A stretch of 64,000 nucleotides of DNA, from positions 128,001 to 192,000 of the forward strand of contig JAHPZH010000008.1 in assembly GCA_019058315.1 (NCBI GenBank). The letters are read 5' to 3'. A program made the translations under genes and the position numbers. Origin of the DNA: Candidatus Helarchaeota archaeon. GTDB lineage: Archaea; Asgardarchaeota; Lokiarchaeia; Helarchaeales; RDOG01. Shown in pieces: positions 28,722 to 38,413 of this stretch (position 1 is the first letter of the stretch; every line of letters begins with the position of its first letter). The notes below the pieces were generated by a model that was not told where the DNA came from, did no database searches, and worked only from the letters and a program-made list of their open reading frames with translations.

Positions 28722-29456
28722 TTAAGTTAATCTAACCAAACAAATTTTTGCTAATTTACATTTTTCATTAAGTTGAATTTCAATAACTACATTTTTATCA
28801 GAATATTTCTCAATCTTTTTCTTTTCTTGTTTACAAAACTCATTAATGGAGGGGCACTCATAAATTATTCCAGATCTTTTCTTACTTAACTCTTGGTCTT
28901 CCAAATATTGATAAATCTTTTCAATGGATTCCTTGGCGTTATTTTGAACAATTTCGTCTGGATCATAAATTGCTTTCAATAAAAAAGGGATAGCACGAAT
29001 ATCATTTAATTTTCCAAGCGCCCAGGCAGAATTCTCGCGTACTTCACTATTTTTATCATTTAGACTCTTAATTAAAGGTTCAAAAGCTTTTTTGTCTTCC
29101 AGCTTCCCAATAGACCACGCTGAATTCGCTCTGATCTCATCATTTGGATCATTTAATAATTCAATCAGAGGATCTACGGCGGCTTGTTCTTCGATGTTTC
29201 CAAGAACTTCAATCACATACTTTCTCACGCTTTCTAATTTATGATTCAAATTTTTAATGAGAATATCGCCTGCCTTTAATAATCCCAAATTCCATATTGC
29301 ACAATCGCGAATTTGTTCGATAGGATCATTTAATAACTTTGAAAGTGAATCTATAGCTCTGGGATCACCTAGTTCACCCAAACCTTCTATGGCATTAATT
29401 CTAGTATCTATATCAGCACTTTTTAAGTCTTCTATTAAAGTTTCAAAATTAGACAA
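28722..29456 (-). CDS. HEAT-repeat (PBS lyase HEAT-like) protein
   Basis: Repeated L.D....VR.NAAWALG.L.D.RA units. Confidence 0.9.
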   Translation of the reverse strand: MSNFETLIEDLKSADIDTRINAIEGLGELGDPRAIDSLSKLLNDPIEQIRDCAIWNLGLLKAGDILIKNLNHKLESVRKYVIEVLGNIEEQAAVDPLIELLNDPNDEIRANSAWSIGKLEDKKAFEPLIKSLNDKNSEVRENSAWALGKLNDIRAIPFLLKAIYDPDEIVQNNAKESIEKIYQYLEDQELSKKRSGIIYECPSINEFCKQEKKKIEKYSDKNVVIEIQLNEKCKLAKICLVRLT

Positions 29457-29518
29457 TTTATCTCAAATAATTAATAGCGCTATTAAAATATAAATAAAAA
29501 GAAAGAGATTAAGATGCT

Positions 29519-30685
29519 TTAAGAAGCTTTAATTGTTTTAGCTATTACTTTTTCCGGTAATTTCTTTATTATTTCTTCTGCTTCACTCATTATGCCTTCA
29601 ACTAAATCCTTTATAGTTGGGATGGAGTCAATTCTTCCTGTTACTTCGCCACCTAAAATAATACTATTATCAACATCACCGTCGAATAAAGCTGCCATTC
29701 CTTCCATTTCCAATTTCATGATTTCTGATGTACTTTCCATGGGTTTACCCAAAAATACTTCTGGGATGCTTTTTAAAGTTTCTTCTACTACTTTGATTGA
29801 TTGAGCATTTCGTAAAAATCTCATTGGACCAAATAAACCACGCCCTACTAGTGTACCTCTTTCATCTCTTTCAACTATAGCTTTTTTCCAAATATCCTGA
29901 AATTCGGATTCCTTTGTTGCAATGAATCTAGTACCCATTTGAATGCCTATAGCGCCCATAGCTATTGCAGCAGCTAATGATCTTCCATCACAATAACCAC
30001 CTGCTGCAACTACAGGTTTGTTTACTGCTTTGATTACAGCCGGTAGAAGAACCATACTATGAACAGGATCCCACGCTATATGAGCACCACCTTCATGACC
30101 AGATGCAATTATAATATCAACGTCTGCCTTTTCAGCTCTCTTTGCATGAACCACAGCGGGGACAACGTGACACCAAGTTATATCATCATGAAAAGTCTTT
30201 GGCTGATATTTTGCAGGTCTTTTTGCACCCTTAGCTTTAGCATCAATTGCCCAAGGTAAGGGATCTCCGGCACTGGTAACAATCACTTTAAGCTTTTGTT
30301 TAATTTCTGGATGTTCTTCAATTGTATTAACGATTCCTCTCATTAACCTTTTTGCAACAGCTACGAATTCATAAGAAACTGGAATATTTACTCCGAATAC
30401 AGCGTCGGGAAAATCTTTTAAACCATCCCATACTTTCATTATCGCGTTGCTAATTAGGACATCAGGGCTACCTTTTCCAAAGACTTTGGAAGCTGAGTCA
30501 GGGGTTGCAGCGGAAAGACCGACACCCATTCCAATTGTAGAGATTAAACCTACTGCGCCAGCTCTAGCGGCATAAAGACTTAATTCTGTTGTCGAATATG
30601 GACCCATTCCTGCTTGAATTATCGGATACTTTGTTCCTATCATTTCTTGAAACTTAGTTCTTACAACCAAATTTATTCGCCTCAT
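29519..30685 (-). CDS. Nitronate monooxygenase / FabK-like FMN-dependent oxidoreductase
   Basis: YPIIQAGMG, FGVNI, GHEGGAH, PVVAAGG..DGR, GIQMGTRFIATKES. Confidence 0.9.
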   Translation of the reverse strand: MRRINLVVRTKFQEMIGTKYPIIQAGMGPYSTTELSLYAARAGAVGLISTIGMGVGLSAATPDSASKVFGKGSPDVLISNAIMKVWDGLKDFPDAVFGVNIPVSYEFVAVAKRLMRGIVNTIEEHPEIKQKLKVIVTSAGDPLPWAIDAKAKGAKRPAKYQPKTFHDDITWCHVVPAVVHAKRAEKADVDIIIASGHEGGAHIAWDPVHSMVLLPAVIKAVNKPVVAAGGYCDGRSLAAAIAMGAIGIQMGTRFIATKESEFQDIWKKAIVERDERGTLVGRGLFGPMRFLRNAQSIKVVEETLKSIPEVFLGKPMESTSEIMKLEMEGMAALFDGDVDNSIILGGEVTGRIDSIPTIKDLVEGIMSEAEEIIKKLPEKVIAKTIKAS

Positions 30686-30848
30686 AAGGTTTAAACTTGA
30701 AATTAATTTTGATAATAAAACTTTTTTCGTATGTTGGAATTACAACATATTAAAATTTCAAGAAAAAGTAGCAAATTTGAAATTATTTTATAAAATTAGA
30801 ATTAGATCTATGTATTTTTAATATAAAGAAAAGAATTTATTTGAAATT

Positions 30849-32195
30849 TTATTTTTCTTTAGTCAAATCTTGAACTGCAATTACTTTATGAAGATAGAGG
30901 GGCAATTCACCAATATCGCAGAGGAGAATTTCAGCTGGAATATTTGTTTTTTTCTTAATTTCTTCTGCAATACCAATTTCAAGCTCTTTTCTTCTTTCTT
31001 CAGTAATTGCTTTTCTCATATTTTGGATTCCAACATGGATCTTAAATTTCTCCATAATTTTTACATCTTTAATTATTGTAAATTCAGCAGTTCGAGTTTC
31101 TGGAAAGCTGCGAATTTCATCTATAACATCATAGGGAAACAGTGCTTTATTTTGGATATGGAACATGAAATCTTCTCTTCCTAGGCATTTAAGTTTGTGT
31201 TTTCTTCCGCATGGGCATTTTTCAGAATGGATATGTCCCATATCATCGCTCATCCATCTAATTAGAGGAGTTGCTTGGCGATCAAATTCGGTGTAAGTAA
31301 ATTCACCTCGTTCACCTGCTTCTAAACGTTCCCCAGTTTCCGGGTCGGTCACCTCAAAATAAAACAAGTCTTCAGGAATGTGACATCCCTCCTTTTGCCA
31401 ACATTCAAAAAATCCGAATGATGCATCACTCATAGCGTAGGCTTCGAAAATATCTTTGATATTTAATTCTTCTTGCATAAATTTCCTTGTACCCTCTGAA
31501 ACTGCTGCACTTGTCAAGGACATAATTGCATCTTCGGGTAAATTTAATTCTTTTGGCTCAACACCCACTTGTTTCATAAGTTCGAAGAATAAAACTGTGA
31601 AATCCATAATCCCAAACCAGAAATTAGGTTGTAAATTAGAAATCCATTTAATCCATTGTTGAACTTTCATGGATAAAATATCAAAAGCTATCCAATTTGA
31701 TTTTAAATTTAACATCTTCACTGCTTTATTAATGCCTGGCCAGATTCCATGCCAAGCTGTTCCTGATAAAAGAGTTGTCATTTTCGGAAGGACACCTATA
31801 CTCCAAAATCCCCTAGCCCATCCTTCACCTTTGAGTTTTATATCATCACTAGTCCAGGCGTGAAAGTTTGATTCTCCAGAAGTTCCAGTGCTAACAGTGA
31901 TCAATTTTATATATTCTTGAGGGGAGCAGAGAATTCCACAAAAAGGATCTCCTGTTTCACTTCGATATTTTCTCAACATACTTTTATCGATTAGTGGAAC
32001 CTTTTTAAGATCGTCTACATTTCTTATATCAATAGGATTTACATTTGCGTCTTTTAAAATTTGTTTATATAATGGTGAGTAAAGATATGTATACTTTATC
32101 ATAGCTTGGAGCTTTCTATTTTGAATTTCTAATAATTCTTTGTCGGTCAACCAAGCCTCCATTTGAGGGTTCCAATAAGGTCTTTGTTCAGACAT
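30849..32195 (-). CDS. Phenylacetate-CoA ligase (PaaK)-family acyl-CoA ligase, divergent
   Basis: YWNPQME, DLKKVP, STGTSG P-loop, HIPED..EV.DPETGE, PLIRW, CPCGR, GREDFM. ATG 32195 follows a GGAG SD. Confidence 0.85.
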   Translation of the reverse strand: MSEQRPYWNPQMEAWLTDKELLEIQNRKLQAMIKYTYLYSPLYKQILKDANVNPIDIRNVDDLKKVPLIDKSMLRKYRSETGDPFCGILCSPQEYIKLITVSTGTSGESNFHAWTSDDIKLKGEGWARGFWSIGVLPKMTTLLSGTAWHGIWPGINKAVKMLNLKSNWIAFDILSMKVQQWIKWISNLQPNFWFGIMDFTVLFFELMKQVGVEPKELNLPEDAIMSLTSAAVSEGTRKFMQEELNIKDIFEAYAMSDASFGFFECWQKEGCHIPEDLFYFEVTDPETGERLEAGERGEFTYTEFDRQATPLIRWMSDDMGHIHSEKCPCGRKHKLKCLGREDFMFHIQNKALFPYDVIDEIRSFPETRTAEFTIIKDVKIMEKFKIHVGIQNMRKAITEERRKELEIGIAEEIKKKTNIPAEILLCDIGELPLYLHKVIAVQDLTKEK

Positions 32196-32208
32196 AATTA
32201 ATTCTCCA

Positions 32209-33207
32209 TTATTTAGTATAAACAATTCTTGCGGTTGTTCTTCCGCAGGGGCAGGGATCTTTTAGAATTTTAATCTTTTCTTTAGATAGCGTGAATCTTA
32301 ATTGAGGGGTAGCCCTGAAAAGCAGATTTGTAATTGAAAGCGATCCTTCTTCACCTTCATTCATCACTTCTCCAGTTTTAGGATTCACCGCTTCTACGAT
32401 ATAAAAATCTTCAGGGATATGTAAGCCTTGATGCTGTTCGCAATCGATAGCAAAAAAACTAGCAATATCATTATGACGAAACTGAAAAAATTCTCCTAAA
32501 AATCCTTTTTCTTTAAAAAATTCTTTATGTTCTTCTTTTAGAGTTTTTTCTGTAAAAATAACTGTTTTATAGCATTTCAAATATTCAGCTGGATCTACAT
32601 TAAGTTCGAAGTTGCATACATTAATCATAGCTCTAGCCATAGCAGGAGGACCAATAAAAAAGGGTGGTTTTAAATGTTTAATTGTTATCATAATTCGCTT
32701 TGCATCCATCGCTTGACGCATACAATTTAATGTAATTGCACCAATTTGAGAAAGAGATTGAAAGAATATTCTTTGACGGATATCAATTTCTGAAGTTAAT
32801 ACATGAACTAAATCACCAGTATGAATCCCTGCCATATACCAGATCCTAGTTAATAAATTTGACAATAAGTTCCAATCATTTTCCGTATAGGCAATAAAAT
32901 TTGGGACTTTGGCCTCAAAAAAATCTGGAGCAAATCGATATACATGTTCCCAATCCACCGTTAAATTACCACAAAAGAGATCATTTATTTTATCGATTTC
33001 TTTTTTCATCTCTTTAAATATAGTAAGCGGAATTTTATTAAGATCTTCCAAATTTTTTATATCTTCTACTGAAATATTCCCTTCATCTAATTTTTTATGA
33101 TAATAATTGGAATAATTGTCGAGATAATATAATTGAGATTTTAATTTTTCAAATTGCTGCTTTTCTATTTCTGATCTGCTTTGATATTCTAGTCTGGTAG
33201 TTAAAAT
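32209..33207 (-). CDS. PaaK-like protein lacking the P-loop and C-terminal domain (probable pseudo-enzyme)
   Basis: GLHIPEDF..E.VNPKTGE..GSLSITNL..PQLRF..CPCGRT, then stop. The frame extends upstream of TTG 33051 through a PaaK N-terminus (EYQSRSEIEKQQFEKL..YYHKKL..EDIKNLEDL). ATT 33207 start inferred after AGGTG. Confidence 0.75.
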   Translation of the reverse strand: MLTTRLEYQSRSEIEKQQFEKLKSQLYYLDNYSNYYHKKLDEGNISVEDIKNLEDLNKIPLTIFKEMKKEIDKINDLFCGNLTVDWEHVYRFAPDFFEAKVPNFIAYTENDWNLLSNLLTRIWYMAGIHTGDLVHVLTSEIDIRQRIFFQSLSQIGAITLNCMRQAMDAKRIMITIKHLKPPFFIGPPAMARAMINVCNFELNVDPAEYLKCYKTVIFTEKTLKEEHKEFFKEKGFLGEFFQFRHNDIASFFAIDCEQHQGLHIPEDFYIVEAVNPKTGEVMNEGEEGSLSITNLLFRATPQLRFTLSKEKIKILKDPCPCGRTTARIVYTK

Positions 33208-33241
33208 TTTATTTGCACCTTTTTTTTATTATAGAATGAAA

Positions 33242-33481
33242 TCAATCAAATTGGGTTCTGTGAACGGGATGTTTAAGAAAGTGTTTCTCTAAATCATCTT
33301 TTGATCTAAATCTATTTCCACACTTTTTACAACGAGTATCATAAAGTTTAAGTGTACATTTTTTACAATAAGGAGAATCTTCTACACCTGCTGCTGCTCC
33401 CGAGCAAGAGGGGCAAAACCCTTTTCCACAATTATCACATTTTACAATAGGTCCCGAAGAACCGCAAATATCACACGCCAT
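33242..33481 (-). CDS. Small multi-zinc-finger protein ending in a classical C2H2 finger
   Basis: CDIC..CDNC..CPSC..CKKC, then CKKCGNRFRSKDDLEKHFLKH. ATG 33481 follows AGGTGG. Confidence 0.75.
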   Translation of the reverse strand: MACDICGSSGPIVKCDNCGKGFCPSCSGAAAGVEDSPYCKKCTLKLYDTRCKKCGNRFRSKDDLEKHFLKHPVHRTQFD

Positions 33482-33623
33482 AATAGCCACCTTTATTAAA
33501 ACTTAATTTAATGTGTGACAATATTAAATTTATTGTCATAGTATTAACAATTTAAAAAACATTAGATAATTCTTTATTGAATTTTAACTAAACAAATTTA
33601 ACCAATTCAAATTAAAAATTTAA

Positions 33624-34406
33624 ATGATAACTTTAGTTAATACTTATTCTGACCTTAATAATAGGAAAATATTTGAAATGGAATCATTTATTGTTCAAAT
33701 GTTATTAAATTGCAGCCCAAAAAGAATAGCAAAAACAATATTACTTCCTGCTGGAGATTTATCTCAAAATAGAATAATTTCAAAGCTCAAAGAAGTTAAA
33801 AAATGTGGTAGAACTTATCGTGGGAAGATAGGTGAGTTAAAAGTATCTGTCGTTAATTCTGGGATTGGTGCTCCATTTGCAGCAACCATTCTTGAAGCTT
33901 TAATTAGAGCTGGCGTTCAAAGGATCATACGTTTAGATTTTTGTGGAGGTATATCTGAAGATATTGAAATTGGAGATCTCGTCATTTCCTCTTCAGCAAT
34001 TCGTGGAGATGGTACAACTCCCCATTATTTACCAGATTCTAAAGATTTAAAAATTGATGGAGATATTAAATTAACAAATCACATGGTAGAACAATTTAAA
34101 CAAGCTAAAATTCCTTTCCATGTTGGTCCAGTTTACTCTCATGACGCTATATTTAAAGAACCAGACAGTTTAATTCAAAAAATAAAAGAATTAAATTGTA
34201 TCGCTATTGATATGGAGACATCCATACTTTTTACAATAGGTGCTTTGAATAATATATCCACAACTTCAATTATGGTGGTTTCTGACCATCCAGCTAAAAA
34301 TCAAAAACTTTTTGAAATGAAGACTTTATCTCCAGTCATTTTTAAGAATTTAGACAGAGCTATTGATATCGTTTTTAATGGTTTGATTAAATTTCAGAAA
34401 TTTTAA
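33624..34406 (+). CDS. Nucleoside phosphorylase (PNP/UDP family 1)
   Basis: SGIGAP, IIRLDFCGGI, IGDLVI..AIRGDGTT, VGPVYSHDA, IDMETS, VSD. Confidence 0.88.
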   Translation: MITLVNTYSDLNNRKIFEMESFIVQMLLNCSPKRIAKTILLPAGDLSQNRIISKLKEVKKCGRTYRGKIGELKVSVVNSGIGAPFAATILEALIRAGVQRIIRLDFCGGISEDIEIGDLVISSSAIRGDGTTPHYLPDSKDLKIDGDIKLTNHMVEQFKQAKIPFHVGPVYSHDAIFKEPDSLIQKIKELNCIAIDMETSILFTIGALNNISTTSIMVVSDHPAKNQKLFEMKTLSPVIFKNLDRAIDIVFNGLIKFQKF

Positions 34407-34418
34407 GGATTTGAAAAA

Positions 34419-35033
34419 ATGAGTGAAATATACGATTATTCTAGCATACCCGAATTCACAAGAAGATGGTATCTAACCGAATCTAAAAACCATTGGATTG
34501 ATTTAGTAGTAGTTGAGTCCGGATTGAATTATATCGGGACTGATTGGAGTGTTCAGAGTGGTGGGGGTTATATGGCAGGATTTCAGTCCTTTGACGAATT
34601 TTTTAAAAAAGGGCCAATTAACAACATGCCTGAGGAAATTCATAACGAATTAAAACAACATCTAATAAAATATCGACGCAAAGGCGGAGCGGGATTACTC
34701 TTAACCCATAAAAATGAACTATCAGAATTAGTATTGTGGAGGGCATTCGTCCACCTTGATGATAACCCTATAAGAATTATTTCAATTTCTGAAATGGGCA
34801 ATCAGCCGGAAGTTGTTTTTTTTGACGGTGCTCTACCAGTAGGCGAACATAATATTGGTTTTGTATTCATATTTAAGAAACATGATAAACAGGGAGAAAA
34901 TGACCCCTTGTGGAAAGTTCGAGCTGATTTTGATTTTACTATAGAATCAAATCTGAAAGAAAAAAAAGTAATAGAAATTATAACTTCGAGGGACTCAAAA
35001 GGTGTTATAAAAACTCGCTGGACTGAAATCTGA
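34419..35033 (+). CDS. Hypothetical protein
   Basis: 204-aa ORF 12 bp downstream of the phosphorylase. Confidence 0.7.
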   Translation: MSEIYDYSSIPEFTRRWYLTESKNHWIDLVVVESGLNYIGTDWSVQSGGGYMAGFQSFDEFFKKGPINNMPEEIHNELKQHLIKYRRKGGAGLLLTHKNELSELVLWRAFVHLDDNPIRIISISEMGNQPEVVFFDGALPVGEHNIGFVFIFKKHDKQGENDPLWKVRADFDFTIESNLKEKKVIEIITSRDSKGVIKTRWTEI

Positions 35034-35139
35034 AGAAATTAATAGTTATTTTTGCATGAATGATAATATTTTTAAATAAAAAATCATAAAAAAAGTTAAT
35101 TTCAAAAATTTTAAGTTAAGCTGGATAATTAAGGAGTTT

Positions 35140-36693
35140 TTGTATTTGAGAAAAAAATCAATTACATTTGTATTTATACCTTTATTCTTAATTTTTTCAG
35201 TTGGTCTACAAAGTTCTGATTGCGTAAGTGTTCAACCTTATATAGCTACTGATACCGATAATACGCTCACAACAGCTGCGAATTGGTCTAATGCAACCGT
35301 GATTTCAGATGACAATACAAATTGGAATGATGGTAGTAGTTTTTCTCCTGATATTGCAATTGATGCTGATGGAAACGTGTATGTAGTCTGGTATGATCAC
35401 ACTGATGGTGAATGGGGAATTGACCAAGAAATAATGTATACCAAACATACTAGTGCTGGTTGGTCTAATGCAACTGTGATTTCGGATGATGAAACTGGAT
35501 GGAATATTGGTGATAGTTCATTTCCTTGCATTGCAATCGATGATGATGGAAATATACATGTAGTCTGGCATGATACAACAAATGGCGAATGGGGTGTAGA
35601 CGTCGAAATCATGTATGCAAATTATACTGGTGATAACTGGTCTAATGCAACAGTTATCTCGGACATTTATGGTTGGAATGATGGAAATAGTTATTCTCCC
35701 GACATCGCAATCGATGGTTATGGAAACATCCATATGGTATGGTATGATTATACTATTGGGGAATGGGGCGGTGACGGCGAAATTATGTATTCCAAATACA
35801 ATGCGGCTGGTTGGTCTAATGCAACTGTGATCTCAGATATTTATGGTTGGAATGATGGTAATAGTATTAATCCTTCTATCGCAGTCGATGGTGATGGAAA
35901 TGCGCATGTAGTATGGGAGGATGACACTAATGGTGAATGGGGAACTGACCAAGAAATAATGTATTCCAAACATACTGCAGCTGGTTGGTCTAATGCAACG
36001 GTGATCTCGGATGATGGCACTGAATGGAATGATGCTGATAGTTATTCTCCCAACATCGCAATTGATGGCGATGGAAACATATATGTAGTCTGGTATGACA
36101 AAACTATTGGTGAATGGGGAACGGACCAAGAAATAATGTTCACTAAAAATACTGCAACTGGTTGGGAAACAACTATAATTTCGGATATATATGGCTGGAA
36201 TGATGGTAATAGTCAATATCCTGACATCGTAATTGATGGCGATGGAAATGTGCATGTAGTCTGGTATGATTATACAAATGGCCAATGGGGAACGGATGCT
36301 GAAATTATGTATGTAAACCGCATTGGTACTAGTTGGTCTAATGCAACCGTGATCTCGGATGATGCAACTGGATGGAATGATGCTGGTAGTTATTTTCCTA
36401 GTATTGCAATCGATGGTGATGGATATGTGCATGTAGTTTGGCGTGATGGAACTAATGGTGAATGGGGGGCAGATGATGAAATTATGTATTCAAAGAATTT
36501 AGCTAGAGAGACAAGCGATAGCGATGAGCCAATAAACATCGTTATTGTACCCTCGCAAGATTCTTCTATATCATTACTCTCACCATTGGGATTAATAATA
36601 ATGGCAAGTATCGCTATAATAACCTCTATAATCGTATCAACAATCATCACAAAAAGTTTAGGCAAAGGAAATAATCATAGAAGGATTAAGTAA
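35140..36693 (+). CDS. Secreted, membrane-anchored 7-repeat (beta-propeller-like) surface protein
   Basis: N-terminal signal peptide (RKK + hydrophobic stretch), seven 57-59 aa repeats, C-terminal TM helix and basic tail. Confidence 0.88.
   Translation: MYLRKKSITFVFIPLFLIFSVGLQSSDCVSVQPYIATDTDNTLTTAANWSNATVISDDNTNWNDGSSFSPDIAIDADGNVYVVWYDHTDGEWGIDQEIMYTKHTSAGWSNATVISDDETGWNIGDSSFPCIAIDDDGNIHVVWHDTTNGEWGVDVEIMYANYTGDNWSNATVISDIYGWNDGNSYSPDIAIDGYGNIHMVWYDYTIGEWGGDGEIMYSKYNAAGWSNATVISDIYGWNDGNSINPSIAVDGDGNAHVVWEDDTNGEWGTDQEIMYSKHTAAGWSNATVISDDGTEWNDADSYSPNIAIDGDGNIYVVWYDKTIGEWGTDQEIMFTKNTATGWETTIISDIYGWNDGNSQYPDIVIDGDGNVHVVWYDYTNGQWGTDAEIMYVNRIGTSWSNATVISDDATGWNDAGSYFPSIAIDGDGYVHVVWRDGTNGEWGADDEIMYSKNLARETSDSDEPINIVIVPSQDSSISLLSPLGLIIMASIAIITSIIVSTIITKSLGKGNNHRRIK
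35281..36498 (+). repeat. Seven tandem ~174-bp intragenic repeats
   Basis: Consensus WSNATVISD..gWNdG.S..P.IAIDgdGnvhVVW.D.TnGeWG.D.EIMY; DNA unit begins tggtctaatgcaac. Confidence 0.92.
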
Positions 36694-36718
36694 AATACTA
36701 AAAATTTATTATAATTTC

Positions 36719-36727
36719 TTTTTTTTT
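36719..36727 (+). terminator. Oligo-T terminator candidate
   Basis: T9 run 25 bp after the stop, between convergent genes. Confidence 0.4.
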
Positions 36728-36792
36728 GAGATTATTTTTTATAACAGTTTAAATTGATCCCGATTAAATAAAAAATATATTGGGATAAAGGA

Positions 36793-38115
36793 TTATTTAT
36801 TCATCACTTTATTTGCAATACCGAGCACTTCATCCATAGACAAAGCCATTCTTCTAATTGTATCATAATAATTTTTTACGAATTCTTCCTTTATCTTCGC
36901 TTTTTCCGCTTCACGCTTTTCTTGTAAATCTTTCACTTTTAGAGTAATTTCTCGCAGTTGTTCCTTATTTGGTTCTACACCATGAGGTTTTAATGCTTCT
37001 TCAAGGACCACAGCAGTTCCAGAGAATTTTCCAAATGCAAACTCGCTTTTTCGACCTAATAAATCGTGTGGAATCATTTCATAGATGTGCGGATGAGCAA
37101 GTACACCGTGTGCGTGAATTCCTGATTCATGTCGAAAAGCATTCATTCCCACGATCGGTTTATTGACATGTATTGGTATTCCCGCATATCTGGAAACCAT
37201 TTCACATAATTCCATTAATTTATCGTATTTAATCCGTAATTTTATTCCGTAAATTGTTCTGAGTGCAACAACTATTTCCTCTATTGCGGTGTTTCCGCAC
37301 CGTTCTCCTATACCCAGAACTGTACCTGATATTGCTGCAGCTCCTTCCTCGAGACATGCAAGAGTATTTGCTGTGGCTAATCCATGATCATTGTGAAAAT
37401 GCATTGCCAGAGACATTCCTTCTAATTTATCCTGAACAGTTCGGAAGAACCATTTTGCAGATAGAGGATTAAATACACCAACTGTATCGCTAATACCAGT
37501 TCCTGCCCAACTATTTCCACAAGCTTCTTTGATAGCTTTAACTATTCTTACATAATAGTCTGTATCGGACCTACTAATGTCTTCCATACCGAAAACTATC
37601 ATAAACCCATGATCTAACGCATAATCTAATAATTCTAAGTATTTATTGATGTTGGATTCTAGATCTAATCCCATTTTTTCTCTAATATGAAATTCTGAAC
37701 AACTGGTGAATAAATCTAACATTCTTGCATCACTACGGATTGCGGCATCAATATCATTTTTGTTCGCACGAGCCATAACAAAGCACATAGTCTTTGGAGC
37801 GTTTTCACTAATCATTTTACAAGCCCGTTCTTCTTCCTTAGATACACCAGGATATCCTATCTCACACGCAGCAACTCCAACTTCACCAAGCATTTGAACA
37901 ATATCTACTTTCTGCTCAGGAGTGAAGACTATTCCCACTTGTTGTTCTCCGTCTCTACAAGTGGTATCAGTAATTGTAATACTAGATGAAAACTTATAAT
38001 GTTTTTTAACTTCTTCCACTTCTACTGCGTAATTATGAGCCCAACCTTCTTCATAAGGTTTACGATATTCTTCGGGTAAGAGCTTTAAAAATTTCTCTAA
38101 TTTAATTTTTGGCAT
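36793..38115 (-). CDS. Homocitrate/isopropylmalate synthase-like DRE-TIM metallolyase, paralog A
   Basis: DTTCRDGEQQ, MHFHNDHGLA.AN, GIGERCGN, AFRHESGIHAHG. No LeuA regulatory domain. Confidence 0.9.
   Translation of the reverse strand: MPKIKLEKFLKLLPEEYRKPYEEGWAHNYAVEVEEVKKHYKFSSSITITDTTCRDGEQQVGIVFTPEQKVDIVQMLGEVGVAACEIGYPGVSKEEERACKMISENAPKTMCFVMARANKNDIDAAIRSDARMLDLFTSCSEFHIREKMGLDLESNINKYLELLDYALDHGFMIVFGMEDISRSDTDYYVRIVKAIKEACGNSWAGTGISDTVGVFNPLSAKWFFRTVQDKLEGMSLAMHFHNDHGLATANTLACLEEGAAAISGTVLGIGERCGNTAIEEIVVALRTIYGIKLRIKYDKLMELCEMVSRYAGIPIHVNKPIVGMNAFRHESGIHAHGVLAHPHIYEMIPHDLLGRKSEFAFGKFSGTAVVLEEALKPHGVEPNKEQLREITLKVKDLQEKREAEKAKIKEEFVKNYYDTIRRMALSMDEVLGIANKVMNK
37018..37101 (-). repeat. 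84-bp inverted repeat, copy 1 (partner at 39443-39526)
   Basis: Reverse complement matches 39443-39526 at 83 of 84 positions. Confidence 0.9.
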
Positions 38116-38413
38116 AAAATCTTCCTAATAAATTAATTTTGATTAAGTATATTTGATAATTAGGTTTATAATATTTTACATAATGAAATCAAAGCTAATT
38201 GTCTATTATTAAAAACGGAAAATAAATGGTAAAACGCTAATTGAGTAAAAATTAGATTTTTAAGGTAATTATTAAATGTAAATAAAGGTTTTACCGCACT
38301 AATTCATATTTAAATATATATCTAATATTAGATAATTTTTGAATTAGATAAATTTTTAATAATTCTTTATGTTTTAAATCCTAGATATAAATTAATTGAA
38401 AAAGGGAAAAAAA

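Noticed and set aside
35281-36498. Regularly spaced DNA repeats as a CRISPR array or DGR template
   Set aside because: They are in-frame, degenerate ~174-bp protein repeats with no unique spacers; no cas or reverse transcriptase gene is in the window.
35397-36665. Antisense and alternate-frame ORFs (up to 199 aa) over the propeller gene
   Set aside because: Shadows of the repetitive sense gene, with no independent coding signal.
38228-38295. ggtaaaac / gttttacc inverted 8-mers between the divergent synthase genes
   Set aside because: Too short to separate from chance; may be a duplication relic but unsupported.
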